A stretch of DNA of 46,007 nt. Origin: Methylophilaceae bacterium (GTDB lineage Bacteria > Pseudomonadota > Gammaproteobacteria > Burkholderiales > Methylophilaceae). Positions 1 through 9,485 of this stretch are shown in pieces. The notes beneath the pieces are model-generated. The model had not been told where the DNA came from. It did no database searches and saw only the letters and a list, made by a program, of their open reading frames with translations. Position 1 is the stretch's first letter. Each line of letters opens with the position of its first letter. The position numbers were made by a program, and so were the translations under genes. Location: the NCBI GenBank assembly GCA_025362115.1, contig JANYIK010000072.1, forward strand, positions 1 through 46,007. Direction: 5' to 3'.

Positions 1-77
1 TAATCTCCACAACAATCTCACCCTCAGCCAATAACTGCAAGGCTTGTGGGAATGTACGAACAAAGAGCTGTCGCAAG
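1..77 (-). pseudogene. Duplicated 3' fragment (last ~25 codons) of the DUF5615 gene
   Basis: Nt 1-77 align with nt 161-237 with about 6-7 mismatches. The minus-strand translation is LRQLFVRTFPQALQLLAEGEIVVEI, against ...LLTEGEIVVEISG in the intact copy. Homology stops at nt 78, and the fragment runs off the window edge. Confidence 0.6.
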
Positions 78-82
78 CAAGC

Positions 83-141
83 GTAGGGTGCGTCCTACGC
101 ACCATCTCATCCCTAATAACGGTGCGGATGCCGCACCCTAC
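83..141. repeat. REP-like palindromic element with two GGTGCG/CGCACC hairpins
   Basis: Hairpin 1 has stems 87-92 and 98-103. Hairpin 2 has stems 121-127 and 131-137. The outer arms GTAGGGTGCG (83-92) and CGCACCCTAC (132-141) are also complementary. The element lies between the two 77-nt direct repeats. Confidence 0.6.
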
Positions 142-152
142 AACCACACACC

Positions 153-488
153 CTAACCGCTAATCTCCACAACAATCTCACCCTCGGTCAATAGTTGTAA
201 GGCTTGTGGGAATGTACGAACAAATAGCTGTCGCAAGTGCGTGTTGGTCAAGTTGCCGCACGTCAGCCATAAAACCTGGGGTGGCGCTCCCATGCGTTGC
301 ACGAGCTCTACAAAATCACGGTCTTTAGTCACAATCACAACGCCAGGTTGCTTTGCGGCTTGAAAAATCTCGATATCCGCAGCCTCTCTCAATCCCAAAT
401 CACGTAAGGCTTGCGCCTCAACCGAGAATTGTTGTGCCATCCACGCCGCCAAAGAAGGCGGCAGCTGGGCATCGAGCCAGAATTTCAT
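153..488 (-). CDS. DUF5615 / PIN-like putative toxin component
   Basis: 111-aa ORF. MKFWLDAQLPPSL...VIVTKDRDF matches the remembered DUF5615 pattern. Its start overlaps the stop of the upstream DUF433 gene by 4 nt. Confidence 0.7.
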   Translation of the reverse strand: MKFWLDAQLPPSLAAWMAQQFSVEAQALRDLGLREAADIEIFQAAKQPGVVIVTKDRDFVELVQRMGAPPQVLWLTCGNLTNTHLRQLFVRTFPQALQLLTEGEIVVEISG

Positions 489-727
489 GCTGCAAGTCGA
501 GGATGGTCAATGTAACGGGCGGCGTAGGTCAAACAGGCGTGAATATCTTCAAGCTGCAAATCGGGGAAGTCTGCAAGAATTTCTTCCGTGGAAACACCCA
601 CCGCCAGCATATCCAGTATGTCGGAAACGCGTATCCTCATGCCACGTATGCATGGCCTGCCGCCGCATTTTCCTGCCTCGTAAGTAATTCGTTCCATAGC
701 GTCTTCCTCCACAATTTTGCCCATCAT
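485..727 (-). CDS. DUF433 putative antitoxin component
   Basis: 80-aa ORF. GGRPCIRGMRIRVSDILDMLAVGVSTEEILADFPDL is the typical DUF433 core. It is translationally coupled to the DUF5615 gene. The true start may be the internal Met at 697. Confidence 0.7.
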   Translation of the reverse strand: MMGKIVEEDAMERITYEAGKCGGRPCIRGMRIRVSDILDMLAVGVSTEEILADFPDLQLEDIHACLTYAARYIDHPRLAA

Positions 728-743
728 ACAATAAAAAACGACA

Positions 744-1466
744 TTACTTCTCCAGCACCGCCTTCAATATTCCCCGCAGAATATTCACCTCTTCCTGCTG
801 CAATCCAGCCCGCGTAAACAGCCTGCGTAACCGCGACATCAGGCGTTTGGGTTCTGCCGGGTTCAAATAGCCTACCTCGATCAACGCCTGCTCCAGATGC
901 CCGTAAAAACCCTCGATCTCGTCATGCGTGGCGGGTTTGATGCGTTTGTAAGGGTTCTTGGGTTCAGCGATTGTCGGTGCGCCGTACAAGGCCATGCGAC
1001 ACTCATAGGCCATAATCTGCACGGCAGAAGCGAGATTCAGCGACGAGTATTCAGGATTGGCGGGAATGTGCGCCAGATACTGGCATCGAATGAGTTCTTC
1101 GTTCGACATGCCGCTGGTCTCGTTGCCGAACACAAAAGCTACTTGTTGCTCGACCGCCGCCGCCATCGCCGCCGCCTCGCGCGGCGAACCAGCCTCATGC
1201 GACAACTCGCGCCGTCTTGCAGTCAGGCCAATGACAACGCTGCAACCCACCAAGGCTTGTTCCAGCGAATCGCATATTTGTGAGGCTTCGAGGATGTCGG
1301 TCGCCCCGGCGGACATCATGTCGGCTTCCATGTGTGGGAATTTCAGCGGATTGACCAGCCGCAGGTCAGTCAACCCCATGGTCTTCATAGCACGCGCTGC
1401 CGAGCCTATATTGCCGGGATGGCTGGTTTGGCAGAGGACGATGCGAATCTGGTCTAGTTTGTTCAA
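744..1466 (-). CDS. trmJ: tRNA (cytidine/uridine-2'-O-)-methyltransferase TrmJ (SpoU/TrmH family)
   Basis: IRIVLCQTSHPGNIGSAARAMKTMGLTDLRLVNP and NPEYSSLNLASAVQIMAYE align with E. coli TrmJ from its residue 5 onward. The ORF stays open to 1637, but that extension is non-homologous and overlaps divergent suhB. TTG at 1466 is proposed as the start; this start is uncertain. Confidence 0.85.
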   Translation of the reverse strand: MNKLDQIRIVLCQTSHPGNIGSAARAMKTMGLTDLRLVNPLKFPHMEADMMSAGATDILEASQICDSLEQALVGCSVVIGLTARRRELSHEAGSPREAAAMAAAVEQQVAFVFGNETSGMSNEELIRCQYLAHIPANPEYSSLNLASAVQIMAYECRMALYGAPTIAEPKNPYKRIKPATHDEIEGFYGHLEQALIEVGYLNPAEPKRLMSRLRRLFTRAGLQQEEVNILRGILKAVLEK

Positions 1467-1527
1467 AGCAGGAAAAGGGTTCCTAGGGTAGAATACGCCC
1501 CATTTTACAGCCTTAAAATACAAAACT

Positions 1528-2334
1528 ATGCATCCCATGCTTAACACGGCGATCAAAGCCGCCCGCAGCGCTGGTTCCATTATCAACCGTGGCGCACAGA
1601 ACCTAGATGTGCTGAATGTGCAACAAAAGACCATCAACGACTATGTGAGCGAGGTGGATCATGCCGCCGAAGCTGCCATCATCCAAACCATACTCGCCGC
1701 CTACCCCAACCATTCCATACTGGGCGAGGAATCCGGCGCACAGGGCGACAACGCGGAATATCTGTGGGTGATAGACCCGCTGGATGGCACCACCAACTTC
1801 CTGCATGGGTTTCCGCAATACGCGGTCTCTATCGGGCTAATGCATCGCGGCGTGCTGGATCAAGCCGTGGTGTACGACCCGGCACGCAATGACCTTTTCA
1901 CCGCCAGCAAAGGGCGTGGCGCGTATCTGAACGACAAACGCATCCGTGTCAGCAAGCGTACCAGATTGCAGGAATGCATTATAGGCACGGGGTTCCCGTT
2001 CCGCGATTTCTCGAATCTTGATACCTATCTCGCCATGTTTAAGGGCATGGCACTGACTACTTCCGGCATCCGCCGCCCCGGTGCTGCCGCACTGGACTTG
2101 GCTTATGTCGCCGCTGGCTACTACGATGGTTTCTGGGAGATCGGTCTCTCCAAGTGGGATGTCGCCGCTGGAGCGCTACTGATTACCGAAGCCGGTGGGC
2201 TGATAGGGGATTTTGAAGGCAATGAAAGCTGGTTCGAGACCGGTAACATTGTCGGCGGCAACCCCAAGATTTTTGGCCAGATGTTGAAGGTACTGGCACC
2301 GCATTTGACGGATACTTTGAAAACGCTGCGCTAA
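1528..2334 (+). CDS. suhB: Inositol monophosphatase family protein SuhB
   Basis: 268 aa with the WVIDPLDGTTNF and GAAALDLAYVAAG signature motifs. It is divergent from trmJ, as in many proteobacteria. Confidence 0.93.
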   Translation: MHPMLNTAIKAARSAGSIINRGAQNLDVLNVQQKTINDYVSEVDHAAEAAIIQTILAAYPNHSILGEESGAQGDNAEYLWVIDPLDGTTNFLHGFPQYAVSIGLMHRGVLDQAVVYDPARNDLFTASKGRGAYLNDKRIRVSKRTRLQECIIGTGFPFRDFSNLDTYLAMFKGMALTTSGIRRPGAAALDLAYVAAGYYDGFWEIGLSKWDVAAGALLITEAGGLIGDFEGNESWFETGNIVGGNPKIFGQMLKVLAPHLTDTLKTLR

Positions 2335-2369
2335 AGCTTAAACTGAGCGCCTGAAGATGGGGGTTAACT

Positions 2370-2561
2370 ATGGATCAAGTCGCTACGCAAAAAAGTCAGG
2401 CCGAACAGCTTTTGCATCGTTTGCCTGAAGAGAGCACCTTGGAGGATATCCAATATCATCTCTACGTGCTGGAAAAAATCAGACAAGGACAAGCGGATAT
2501 TGCAGCGGGCAAGTCTTTTTCGCATGACGAAGCTACCCAACGACTGAGTAAATGGCTGTAA
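2370..2561 (+). CDS. Putative antitoxin of a ParE/RelE-type module
   Basis: 63-aa helical ORF. Its stop (2559-2561) is overlapped by the ATG (2552) of the ParE-like reading frame. Confidence 0.6.
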   Translation: MDQVATQKSQAEQLLHRLPEESTLEDIQYHLYVLEKIRQGQADIAAGKSFSHDEATQRLSKWL

Positions 2562-2845
2562 CGGTTATTTGATCGAAAGAAGCGCTTGACGACATTGACG
2601 CAATTGCCGAGTTTATTAACCGCGATTCGAATTTTTATGCTCGCGCTGTGGTTGAAAAAGTCATGGCGACTGCGGTTTCTATCAGTACATTTCCCAAAAT
2701 TGGACGCATCGTCCCTGAATCAAACAATGGCAACATCCGCGAAAGATTTGTGTATAGCTATCGCGTGATTTACGAAATCAGAAACTCTCACATTGAGATT
2801 CTCGCCATCATCCACGGCAAGCGCCTGCTAGAACCTAACCCCTAG
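2552..2845 (+). pseudogene. ParE/RelE-family toxin gene interrupted by an in-frame TGA at codon 7
   Basis: The frame reads MAVTVI*SKEALDDIDAIAEFINRDSNFYARAVVEKV...YRVIYEIRNSHIEILAIIHGKRLL. The TGA at 2570-2572 sits where this family normally has Trp (V-x-W-S). The ORF track only picks up the GTG-restart fragment at 2648-2845. Confidence 0.7.
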
Positions 2846-3654
2846 CGCTGGCACTGGGGGCAATAAAACGTGGAGCGCTGTCCCTGTTTCAAACTTTTAA
2901 TCGCGCCACCACACACCTTGCACGGCTCGCCAGTACGTCCATAGACAAAATATTCCTGCTGGAAATACCCCGGATTGCCGTCAGCACCGAAAAAATCGCG
3001 CAAACTACTGCCACCGGCTTCTATGGCGGCAGTCAGGGTAATTTTAATTTCTTCTGCCAATTTTTGATAACGTACACGGCTCACTTTGTTAGCTGGAATT
3101 TTAGGGCTGATACCAGCGCGAAATAAGGATTCGCTGGCGTAGATATTGCCCACGCCCACGACTAAATGGCTATCCATGATGACGATTTTGATGGCAGCGC
3201 TGCGGCTGCGGGTATGGACAAAGAGATAATCACCGTCAAAGCTTGATTCCAAGGGTTCTACGCCTAGACTTTGTAGCAGCTTGTGCTGCATCACATCGTC
3301 CTCCAACCACAGCACCGCACCAAAGCGTCGCGGGTCGCGCAAACGCATCACGCTGCCGTTTTCAAACAACACATCCAGATGGTCGTGCTTGGCGGGGGAC
3401 TCAAATTGAGGGAGTAGCGACAAGCGGCCGGACATGCCCAGATGCAGCATCAGTGTGCCGCGTTCACAGCGCACCAGAATGTATTTGGCGCGACGGGTAA
3501 GTTCTATAAAACGCTGCCCCGTAAGCAAATCGGGAAGGTTGACTGGAATCGGCCAACGTAGACCATGATTGCGGACGGTTACTGAACTGACACGCTGATT
3601 AAGTAAGGGCAACAGCCCGCGCCGCGTAGTTTCAACTTCGGGCAGTTCAGGCAT
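2842..3654 (-). CDS. mutM: Formamidopyrimidine-DNA glycosylase
   Basis: 270 aa with an MPELPEVET N-terminus and a C-terminal zinc finger, CKVCGGAIK...YCPQCQ. Confidence 0.95.
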   Translation of the reverse strand: MPELPEVETTRRGLLPLLNQRVSSVTVRNHGLRWPIPVNLPDLLTGQRFIELTRRAKYILVRCERGTLMLHLGMSGRLSLLPQFESPAKHDHLDVLFENGSVMRLRDPRRFGAVLWLEDDVMQHKLLQSLGVEPLESSFDGDYLFVHTRSRSAAIKIVIMDSHLVVGVGNIYASESLFRAGISPKIPANKVSRVRYQKLAEEIKITLTAAIEAGGSSLRDFFGADGNPGYFQQEYFVYGRTGEPCKVCGGAIKSLKQGQRSTFYCPQCQR

Positions 3655-3670
3655 GGCTTTCTACCGACAC

Positions 3671-4558
3671 TTACTCGGTTTTGAAGCCTGCCGGAGGATT
3701 GAGAATGGTGAACCCAACGTCTTGCTGGAAGTGATATTGTTTTTGCTCGTCTTCACGCACCAACAGCAGTTCTGGAGATTCTTGCATCTTCACCAGTTTG
3801 ATCACTTTGCCACCCTTGAGCTTGACCAGCACAAAAGGGTTGGGCTGACGACTAGGCATGTATGGCTCTACCGAATCGGCGCGTAATTCTGCCCAGTTGA
3901 CAAACCAGTCGTTCAATTCGGCTTGATTTGGACTAGGTTTGTATTTGCTGGCAGCGCTGACTTTCCACTTGCCGTCGTCGGTTTTGTCTACATTGAGATT
4001 CGTTCCTTCCCATTGTTCCAAAGCACTAAAGTCAAAGCCGGCAATCACTTCATCCTTAGCCAATGGATGCTTGTCCATGAACTCCAAGGGCTGCACCGTG
4101 GCACTTTCACCATACTTGGAATCAAGGGTATAAACTTGATTTTCATGTGCAACAAACTGTAGGCCACCAACAGGGTTGAACATGCCGAAGGAGAAAGCTT
4201 TGTCATCTGCCTTCACTACCATTTTCGGGTTATCCAGCCCGAATTGTGCAGCATTGGTGAGTGGCTGTTTTTCAGCGCTGGTGGCCAGCACCACAGAAAG
4301 TACACGACCAACAGACAATTCATCGGCGCGACCTTGGTAAGGTTCTACCATCATCCAGCGGCCATTTATTTTCTCGAACACCAACGCTTTTTTGGCAGGG
4401 ACTTCGATACGCAGGTGGGTGACGCTTCCCACGTCAAAGCTGGCGACATTGTAGTTTTGTTCTTGCTTCACCACCTCCGCCGGACGCTGGTAGACATAAA
4501 CGCCCAAGCCAGCGACGACGAGTAACAACAACACATTCAATATCCAGCGTGACTTCAT
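3671..4558 (-). CDS. DUF4340-like membrane-anchored protein of a GldG-type ABC cluster
   Basis: 295 aa with an N-terminal TM helix. It lies immediately downstream of the GldG-like gene. The family call rests on context and a weak motif memory. Confidence 0.5.
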   Translation of the reverse strand: MKSRWILNVLLLLVVAGLGVYVYQRPAEVVKQEQNYNVASFDVGSVTHLRIEVPAKKALVFEKINGRWMMVEPYQGRADELSVGRVLSVVLATSAEKQPLTNAAQFGLDNPKMVVKADDKAFSFGMFNPVGGLQFVAHENQVYTLDSKYGESATVQPLEFMDKHPLAKDEVIAGFDFSALEQWEGTNLNVDKTDDGKWKVSAASKYKPSPNQAELNDWFVNWAELRADSVEPYMPSRQPNPFVLVKLKGGKVIKLVKMQESPELLLVREDEQKQYHFQQDVGFTILNPPAGFKTE

Positions 4559-4561
4559 AAA

Positions 4562-5938
4562 TTATCTCTTGCGACGCTTCAACCAAATGCTGAGACCCGC
4601 CAAGAGTAAACCCAATGGCAGGATGATTGCGGGAAAGCCGCGTATCACCAGCCAGTTGGTAAACGGGCTATTGTCAGGGATCTTCAGGTTGGTGTCCTTG
4701 AGCGGTCTGGGCTGGATGGTGATGAGCTTGTCGTCGCCAGCCAGCCAGTTGATCATGTTCACACCCAGATCAAAATTGCCTCCGCTACTCAAGGCACGGT
4801 TAGAGAGGAAGCCACCGCCGCCCACTACTACTACACGCTGGGTCTTGCCTTTACCCTCTTGAGTATCTGGGAATTTACGCTCCATCGCCACCGCGATGTT
4901 GATGGGGCCGCCTTTGTCCTGCTTATCATTGAACTCAATCTTGCCGTCCAGTTTGCCGGTTTCCAACCAGCCAGTAGCCGCCACGTCTATCAATGGCGTG
5001 ATGTTGAAACCTACCTCGCCAGCGGTGGAATTAATCTCTCTCGCCATGGGGAAAACGGTGCGTAGGTTAAAACGCAGGGTAATAGGATGCTCGGCATAGT
5101 GCGCGGAGAAACCCAGCTTGTAGTCGCCCCCAGCCTGAGCTGCAGCAGGATCAACCACCACGCCCGGGGTAAGCTGCAAGCCTAGTTGGTCAGCTATAGG
5201 TTGTAAGCCGCGGAGTGGTTCTTGCTCCAACAGCCACAACAGATTGCCACCGCGTGCGACGTAAATCTTAATCTTGGCGACTTCACCCTCGGAAACGTCA
5301 ATCTGTGGCCCAGCGATTACCAGCATGGCACCTTGCTTAGGTACACTTGGCTCCAATACCAAATTAGGATTGGAAAGTTTGAAGCCACGACTTTCAAGCT
5401 CCTTACCAAAGTCTCCCAGGTCATATTCTTTCAAGCCTATCAGGCTGCGCTCGCCGTGACCTTCTAAAAACATGACGTTACGCGCTTCCGAGCGCGATAA
5501 ATCTACTAGCACGTTGGCCATATCCTGTTCATTGATAGGCGGCAAGAGATGCTTGCTCTTTTTGTTGTACTCCAGCACAAACTCGCCGTCGGCACGAATG
5601 CCCATATCCTGCGCCTGCTTAGGATTGGCTGCGGGGTTGACGAAAGTGATATGCAAATCTGGCTTGGCGCGCTGGTAACGCGACACGAAATCCACAATGG
5701 CTTTGCGACGGGCTTCATCTGCACCCGCAAACACGGTGAGATTTACTTGGCCTTTCATCTGCTTGAGCACGTTGGTACTGCCTTCGCTCAAAGTGTTGCG
5801 TGCGCTCTGGGTAATGTCTTTCGCCACATGGAACTCGTAACTCAAATAACCGAGCAACCCGACCAGCGCCAAAAATAACACCACAAACATGCTGTTCTGC
5901 ATGAACATTTGAAGCCGTAATTTACTGTTAATTTTCAT
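4562..5938 (-). CDS. GldG-family ABC transporter auxiliary protein
   Basis: 458 aa with N- and C-terminal TM helices and a large periplasmic part. It follows the ABC-2 permease and ATPase genes. Confidence 0.65.
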   Translation of the reverse strand: MKINSKLRLQMFMQNSMFVVLFLALVGLLGYLSYEFHVAKDITQSARNTLSEGSTNVLKQMKGQVNLTVFAGADEARRKAIVDFVSRYQRAKPDLHITFVNPAANPKQAQDMGIRADGEFVLEYNKKSKHLLPPINEQDMANVLVDLSRSEARNVMFLEGHGERSLIGLKEYDLGDFGKELESRGFKLSNPNLVLEPSVPKQGAMLVIAGPQIDVSEGEVAKIKIYVARGGNLLWLLEQEPLRGLQPIADQLGLQLTPGVVVDPAAAQAGGDYKLGFSAHYAEHPITLRFNLRTVFPMAREINSTAGEVGFNITPLIDVAATGWLETGKLDGKIEFNDKQDKGGPINIAVAMERKFPDTQEGKGKTQRVVVVGGGGFLSNRALSSGGNFDLGVNMINWLAGDDKLITIQPRPLKDTNLKIPDNSPFTNWLVIRGFPAIILPLGLLLAGLSIWLKRRKR

Positions 5939-5950
5939 GGTTTTAAATAA

Positions 5951-6700
5951 TTATCCGCGCAACCGATCAGCATCCAAACGGCGCACGGTCAAAGTGAGGA
6001 ATGTCAGCACAAACAAAAAGAAATAGGCCAGATCACGAGTGTCAATGATGCCGTGGGAGAATGGCTCAAAATGGCGCATCAGCGAGATTTTGTTGAACAC
6101 ACTGGTAGGATCGCCCGCCAGATAAAAATCCATGGTCAACAGACCGAATAGCACGACGAAAGTGATAATTGCTGCGACGATAGGTTGTTGGGTTGAACCG
6201 GACACAAATATTCCCAAGGCTGAGAAACTGGCTACCAACAGCCACAGCCCCAGCATATTGGCTGCGATGTAGCCGAAATCCACGGTCACCCACAAATTCA
6301 AACTGCTCACCATGACACCAGTCAAAATAATACTAATGGTAAGGAAAGTGACCAAGCCTATAAACTTGCCCAGCACAATTTCAGTAAGTGACAGCGGCGC
6401 ACTGAACAAGAAGGTCAGGGTTTGATTCTTGCGTTCCTCGCTAATCAGGCGCATAGACAATAGCGGCACAGCGAACAACATGACGAAAGAGGCCATGCTG
6501 AACACGTTGTTACCGATGAACTCGGTCGCCCCCAGACGCTCTTCCGGCCGCACCATGCCTGACATAATCTTGTAGTATTTATCCACGCCTTCAAAAAAAC
6601 CAAAATGGGCGAAAACAAGCTGTAACAACGCCAAAATCACCCAGCCCATGGGTGAGGAGAACATACTGCGCAATTCTTTTCCGGCAACGGCGAATATCAT
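5951..6700 (-). CDS. ABC-2 type transporter permease
   Basis: 249 aa and polytopic hydrophobic, directly downstream of the ABC ATPase gene. Confidence 0.75.
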   Translation of the reverse strand: MIFAVAGKELRSMFSSPMGWVILALLQLVFAHFGFFEGVDKYYKIMSGMVRPEERLGATEFIGNNVFSMASFVMLFAVPLLSMRLISEERKNQTLTFLFSAPLSLTEIVLGKFIGLVTFLTISIILTGVMVSSLNLWVTVDFGYIAANMLGLWLLVASFSALGIFVSGSTQQPIVAAIITFVVLFGLLTMDFYLAGDPTSVFNKISLMRHFEPFSHGIIDTRDLAYFFLFVLTFLTLTVRRLDADRLRG

Positions 6701-6710
6701 GGTTTCTTCC

Positions 6711-7649
6711 TTACTGTGTAGCTTCTTGATAGGTCAGTTGCACGAATACTTCTTCCAGACTGGTTTGGTCTGGCGTGATCTGATGCAAGCCCCATTTTTT
6801 CTTGACGGCCATCTCTACAATACGTTCTGCGGGATTTTCGCCCACCGCGTATTGCACACGCAGCAAACCATCTTGTATTGCAGTCACGCTCACCACCCCG
6901 CTGATTTTCTCGATCTCATTCAAAGCAGGAGCGTTATTCAAGCCCAGCAATAATTTGTTCCCTTGGCGTTGTTGCTTGAGCACGTCTATGCCACCGTTAA
7001 AAACCAGCTGGCCTTTGTGAATAATCTGCACGTGGTCACACACCATTTCCACCTCAGGCAGAATATGCGTGGACAAAATTACACTGTGCTCTCCACCCAA
7101 TTCTTTGATCAGCGCACGGATGTCACGAATCTGTATGGGATCCAAACCCACTGTGGGTTCGTCCAGAATCACCACCATCGGATTATGAATAATGGCTTGG
7201 GCGATGCCCACGCGCTGCTGGTAGCCTTTGGACAAATTATCAATCAGGCGGCCGCTCATCTCGGTTAAACCAGTACGCTGCTTGGCAATTTCTACGGCTT
7301 TTTTGAGGTGCTTGCGTGTGACACCATGCAATCTGCCCGCCAGTGCCAGCATTTCATCTACGGTGAGTTCTTTATAAAGTGGCGGTTGCTCTGGCAAGTA
7401 GCCTATCAATGCCTTGGCTGCTTTTGGATTTTCTATGATGTCTATACCGCAGATGTTGACGCTGCCGGCAGTCGGCGCCAAGTTGCCGGTGAGCATCTTC
7501 ATGGTGGTAGATTTGCCCGCGCCATTGGGGCCGAGAAAACCTAGCACTTCGCCTTGGCTGAGGCTGAAGCTCACGTCGCGCACCACAGTATTATTGCCAT
7601 AGGTGCGAGTCAGCTCGCTGGCTTCGATGGTTACAGTTGTCATAATCAA
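6711..7649 (-). CDS. ABC transporter ATP-binding protein
   Basis: Walker A GPNGAGKST, ABC signature LSKGYQQR and Walker B VVILDEP are all present. Confidence 0.92.
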   Translation of the reverse strand: MIMTTVTIEASELTRTYGNNTVVRDVSFSLSQGEVLGFLGPNGAGKSTTMKMLTGNLAPTAGSVNICGIDIIENPKAAKALIGYLPEQPPLYKELTVDEMLALAGRLHGVTRKHLKKAVEIAKQRTGLTEMSGRLIDNLSKGYQQRVGIAQAIIHNPMVVILDEPTVGLDPIQIRDIRALIKELGGEHSVILSTHILPEVEMVCDHVQIIHKGQLVFNGGIDVLKQQRQGNKLLLGLNNAPALNEIEKISGVVSVTAIQDGLLRVQYAVGENPAERIVEMAVKKKWGLHQITPDQTSLEEVFVQLTYQEATQ

Positions 7650-7802
7650 TACAGACTAAATCTCAAGTTAAGAGGTGCTAAAAACTGCTGGTCTTGTAGC
7701 AAGTTACGCAGGGCGCATATACTATAGGGAACCTCTAATGAAGTCCACCATGAACATTCTGCTCACGCCACGGTCGAAGCTGCACCCTCTTAGGAAATCC
7801 CG

Positions 7803-9485
7803 ATGAAAAAAACTCTTTCTATCCCGCTGATTTTGGCCGTTTTGTTGTCTTCGGTCAGCTTTTCAGCCCATGCCGCCAGCGACAAAAAAGCCTCACCGGA
7901 CGCATCACTGAGTGCCGAATTCATCTTTAAGTTCCTAGTCGGTGAAATTGCCGGTCAGCGCGGCGATATCAGCTCCGCCAGCGCGATACTCTACGACTTG
8001 GCGAAATCCACTGGCGATGCACGTTTAGCAGAACGAGCTACCCGAGCCGCGCTTTTCATCAAACAAGGCCCCATGGCGCTACAAGCAGCAACACTGTGGG
8101 CAGAGCTAGATCCGAGCGCAGCAGAGGCGAAGCAAATCGTAACGCAATTGCTGCTTGCCTCTGGCAAACTGGCTGACTTGCGTCCGCAGTTACAAAAATT
8201 GCTAGCCGACGAGCCTAATCGCGCCGCTGGATTTATGTACATTGCCGGGACCTTGTCTCGCAATCAGGATAAAGCACAGACCTTGCAACTGATACAGGAA
8301 TTAGCCAAACCCTACCCCAATCTGGCGGAGGCGCATTTTGCTGTGGCGCACGCCGCTTGGAGTGCGGGTAACGAACAACAGGCCTTGAGTGAACTCCAAG
8401 CCGCCGAAAAGGCCAAGCCGGGCTGGGAGATCGGCGCCTTACTACAAGGACAGGTTCTGCAAGCGCGCCCAACAGAGGCACTCCATTTTTATGAGACCTT
8501 TCTCGTAAAATATCCTGCCAGCCTCGAAGTCAAACTTGCTTACGCCAAATTGCTGGTGAGCGAGAAGCAAATGGACGCGGCGCGGGAACAATTTGAGCAA
8601 TTACTGGAAGCCAAGCCAGAAAGCCCGGACATCCATGTCGCGATTGGGTTGTTGAGCGTGCAGGCAGAGGATTTGAGCGGTGCCGAGAACCACTTCAAAC
8701 AAGCTTTGGAGTTGAATTACAAGGACGTGGATCAGATTCGTTTTTATCTGGCGCAAATTAGCGAACAGATGCAACAAGTCGAAGAATCCAAACAATGGTA
8801 TGGGTCCATCAACCCAGACAGTCGCTTCTACCTTGAAGGTCAGCTCAAAATGGCGGTGGGCGAGGCCAAAAATGGTTTACTCGAAGACGCACGCAACCGT
8901 CTACACAACATCCCTAACCTTAGCCCTGAGCAACAAGTATTAGCCATTCAGACAGAGGCATCGCTGTTATCACAAGCCAATCGCCATCAAGAAGCATTCG
9001 ACTTGCTGCAAAACGCCGTCGCCAATTACCCCAATAGCCCTGACATCGTCTACGACTACGCGATGGTATCTGAGCGCGTAAAACGCTTTGACATCATGGA
9101 ACATGAACTACGCAAACTGATGTTGATGAAGCCCGATTTCGCGCAAGCCTACAATGCCCTAGGTTACACCCTGGCGGAGCGCAACGAGCGGTTGGACGAG
9201 GCGCAGAAACTCATCGAAAAAGCACTGGCGCTTACCCCCGATGACCACTTCATCCTGGACAGCATGGGCTGGGTACAGTACCGCATGGGCAGGCTGGATC
9301 AGGCGCTGGAATTCATCCGCCGCGCTTACGGAAACCAGCCCGATCCGGAAATCGCTGCGCATCTAGGCGAAATTCTGTGGCAACAAGGCAAACATGAAGA
9401 GGCCATTAGCACCTGGGACGCAGCACTGCGCGACTATCCCGACAACGAAGTTCTCGTCAATACCGCGAAAAAATTCCATCCGTGA
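7803..9485 (+). CDS. Secreted tetratricopeptide-repeat protein
   Basis: 560 aa with a signal peptide ending SAHA and many TPR-like Ala/Leu repeats. Its stop overlaps the lolB start. Confidence 0.75.
   Translation: MKKTLSIPLILAVLLSSVSFSAHAASDKKASPDASLSAEFIFKFLVGEIAGQRGDISSASAILYDLAKSTGDARLAERATRAALFIKQGPMALQAATLWAELDPSAAEAKQIVTQLLLASGKLADLRPQLQKLLADEPNRAAGFMYIAGTLSRNQDKAQTLQLIQELAKPYPNLAEAHFAVAHAAWSAGNEQQALSELQAAEKAKPGWEIGALLQGQVLQARPTEALHFYETFLVKYPASLEVKLAYAKLLVSEKQMDAAREQFEQLLEAKPESPDIHVAIGLLSVQAEDLSGAENHFKQALELNYKDVDQIRFYLAQISEQMQQVEESKQWYGSINPDSRFYLEGQLKMAVGEAKNGLLEDARNRLHNIPNLSPEQQVLAIQTEASLLSQANRHQEAFDLLQNAVANYPNSPDIVYDYAMVSERVKRFDIMEHELRKLMLMKPDFAQAYNALGYTLAERNERLDEAQKLIEKALALTPDDHFILDSMGWVQYRMGRLDQALEFIRRAYGNQPDPEIAAHLGEILWQQGKHEEAISTWDAALRDYPDNEVLVNTAKKFHP

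Noticed and set aside
744-1637. Long N-terminal extension of trmJ (track start at 1637)
   Set aside because: The first ~57 residues have no TrmJ homology and overlap the divergent suhB start. Homology to E. coli TrmJ begins at LDQIRIVL. A shorter start (TTG at 1466) is more plausible, though its RBS is weak.
2570-2572. In-frame TGA in the ParE-like gene as selenocysteine or programmed readthrough
   Set aside because: The position corresponds to a conserved Trp rather than Cys. No SECIS-like hairpin is evident immediately downstream. A simple nonsense mutation is more parsimonious.
2586-2768. 60-aa plus-strand ORF overlapping the ParE remnant in another frame
   Set aside because: The ParE-like frame explains the region with recognisable family motifs. 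This ORF has no motifs and a TTG start with no RBS.
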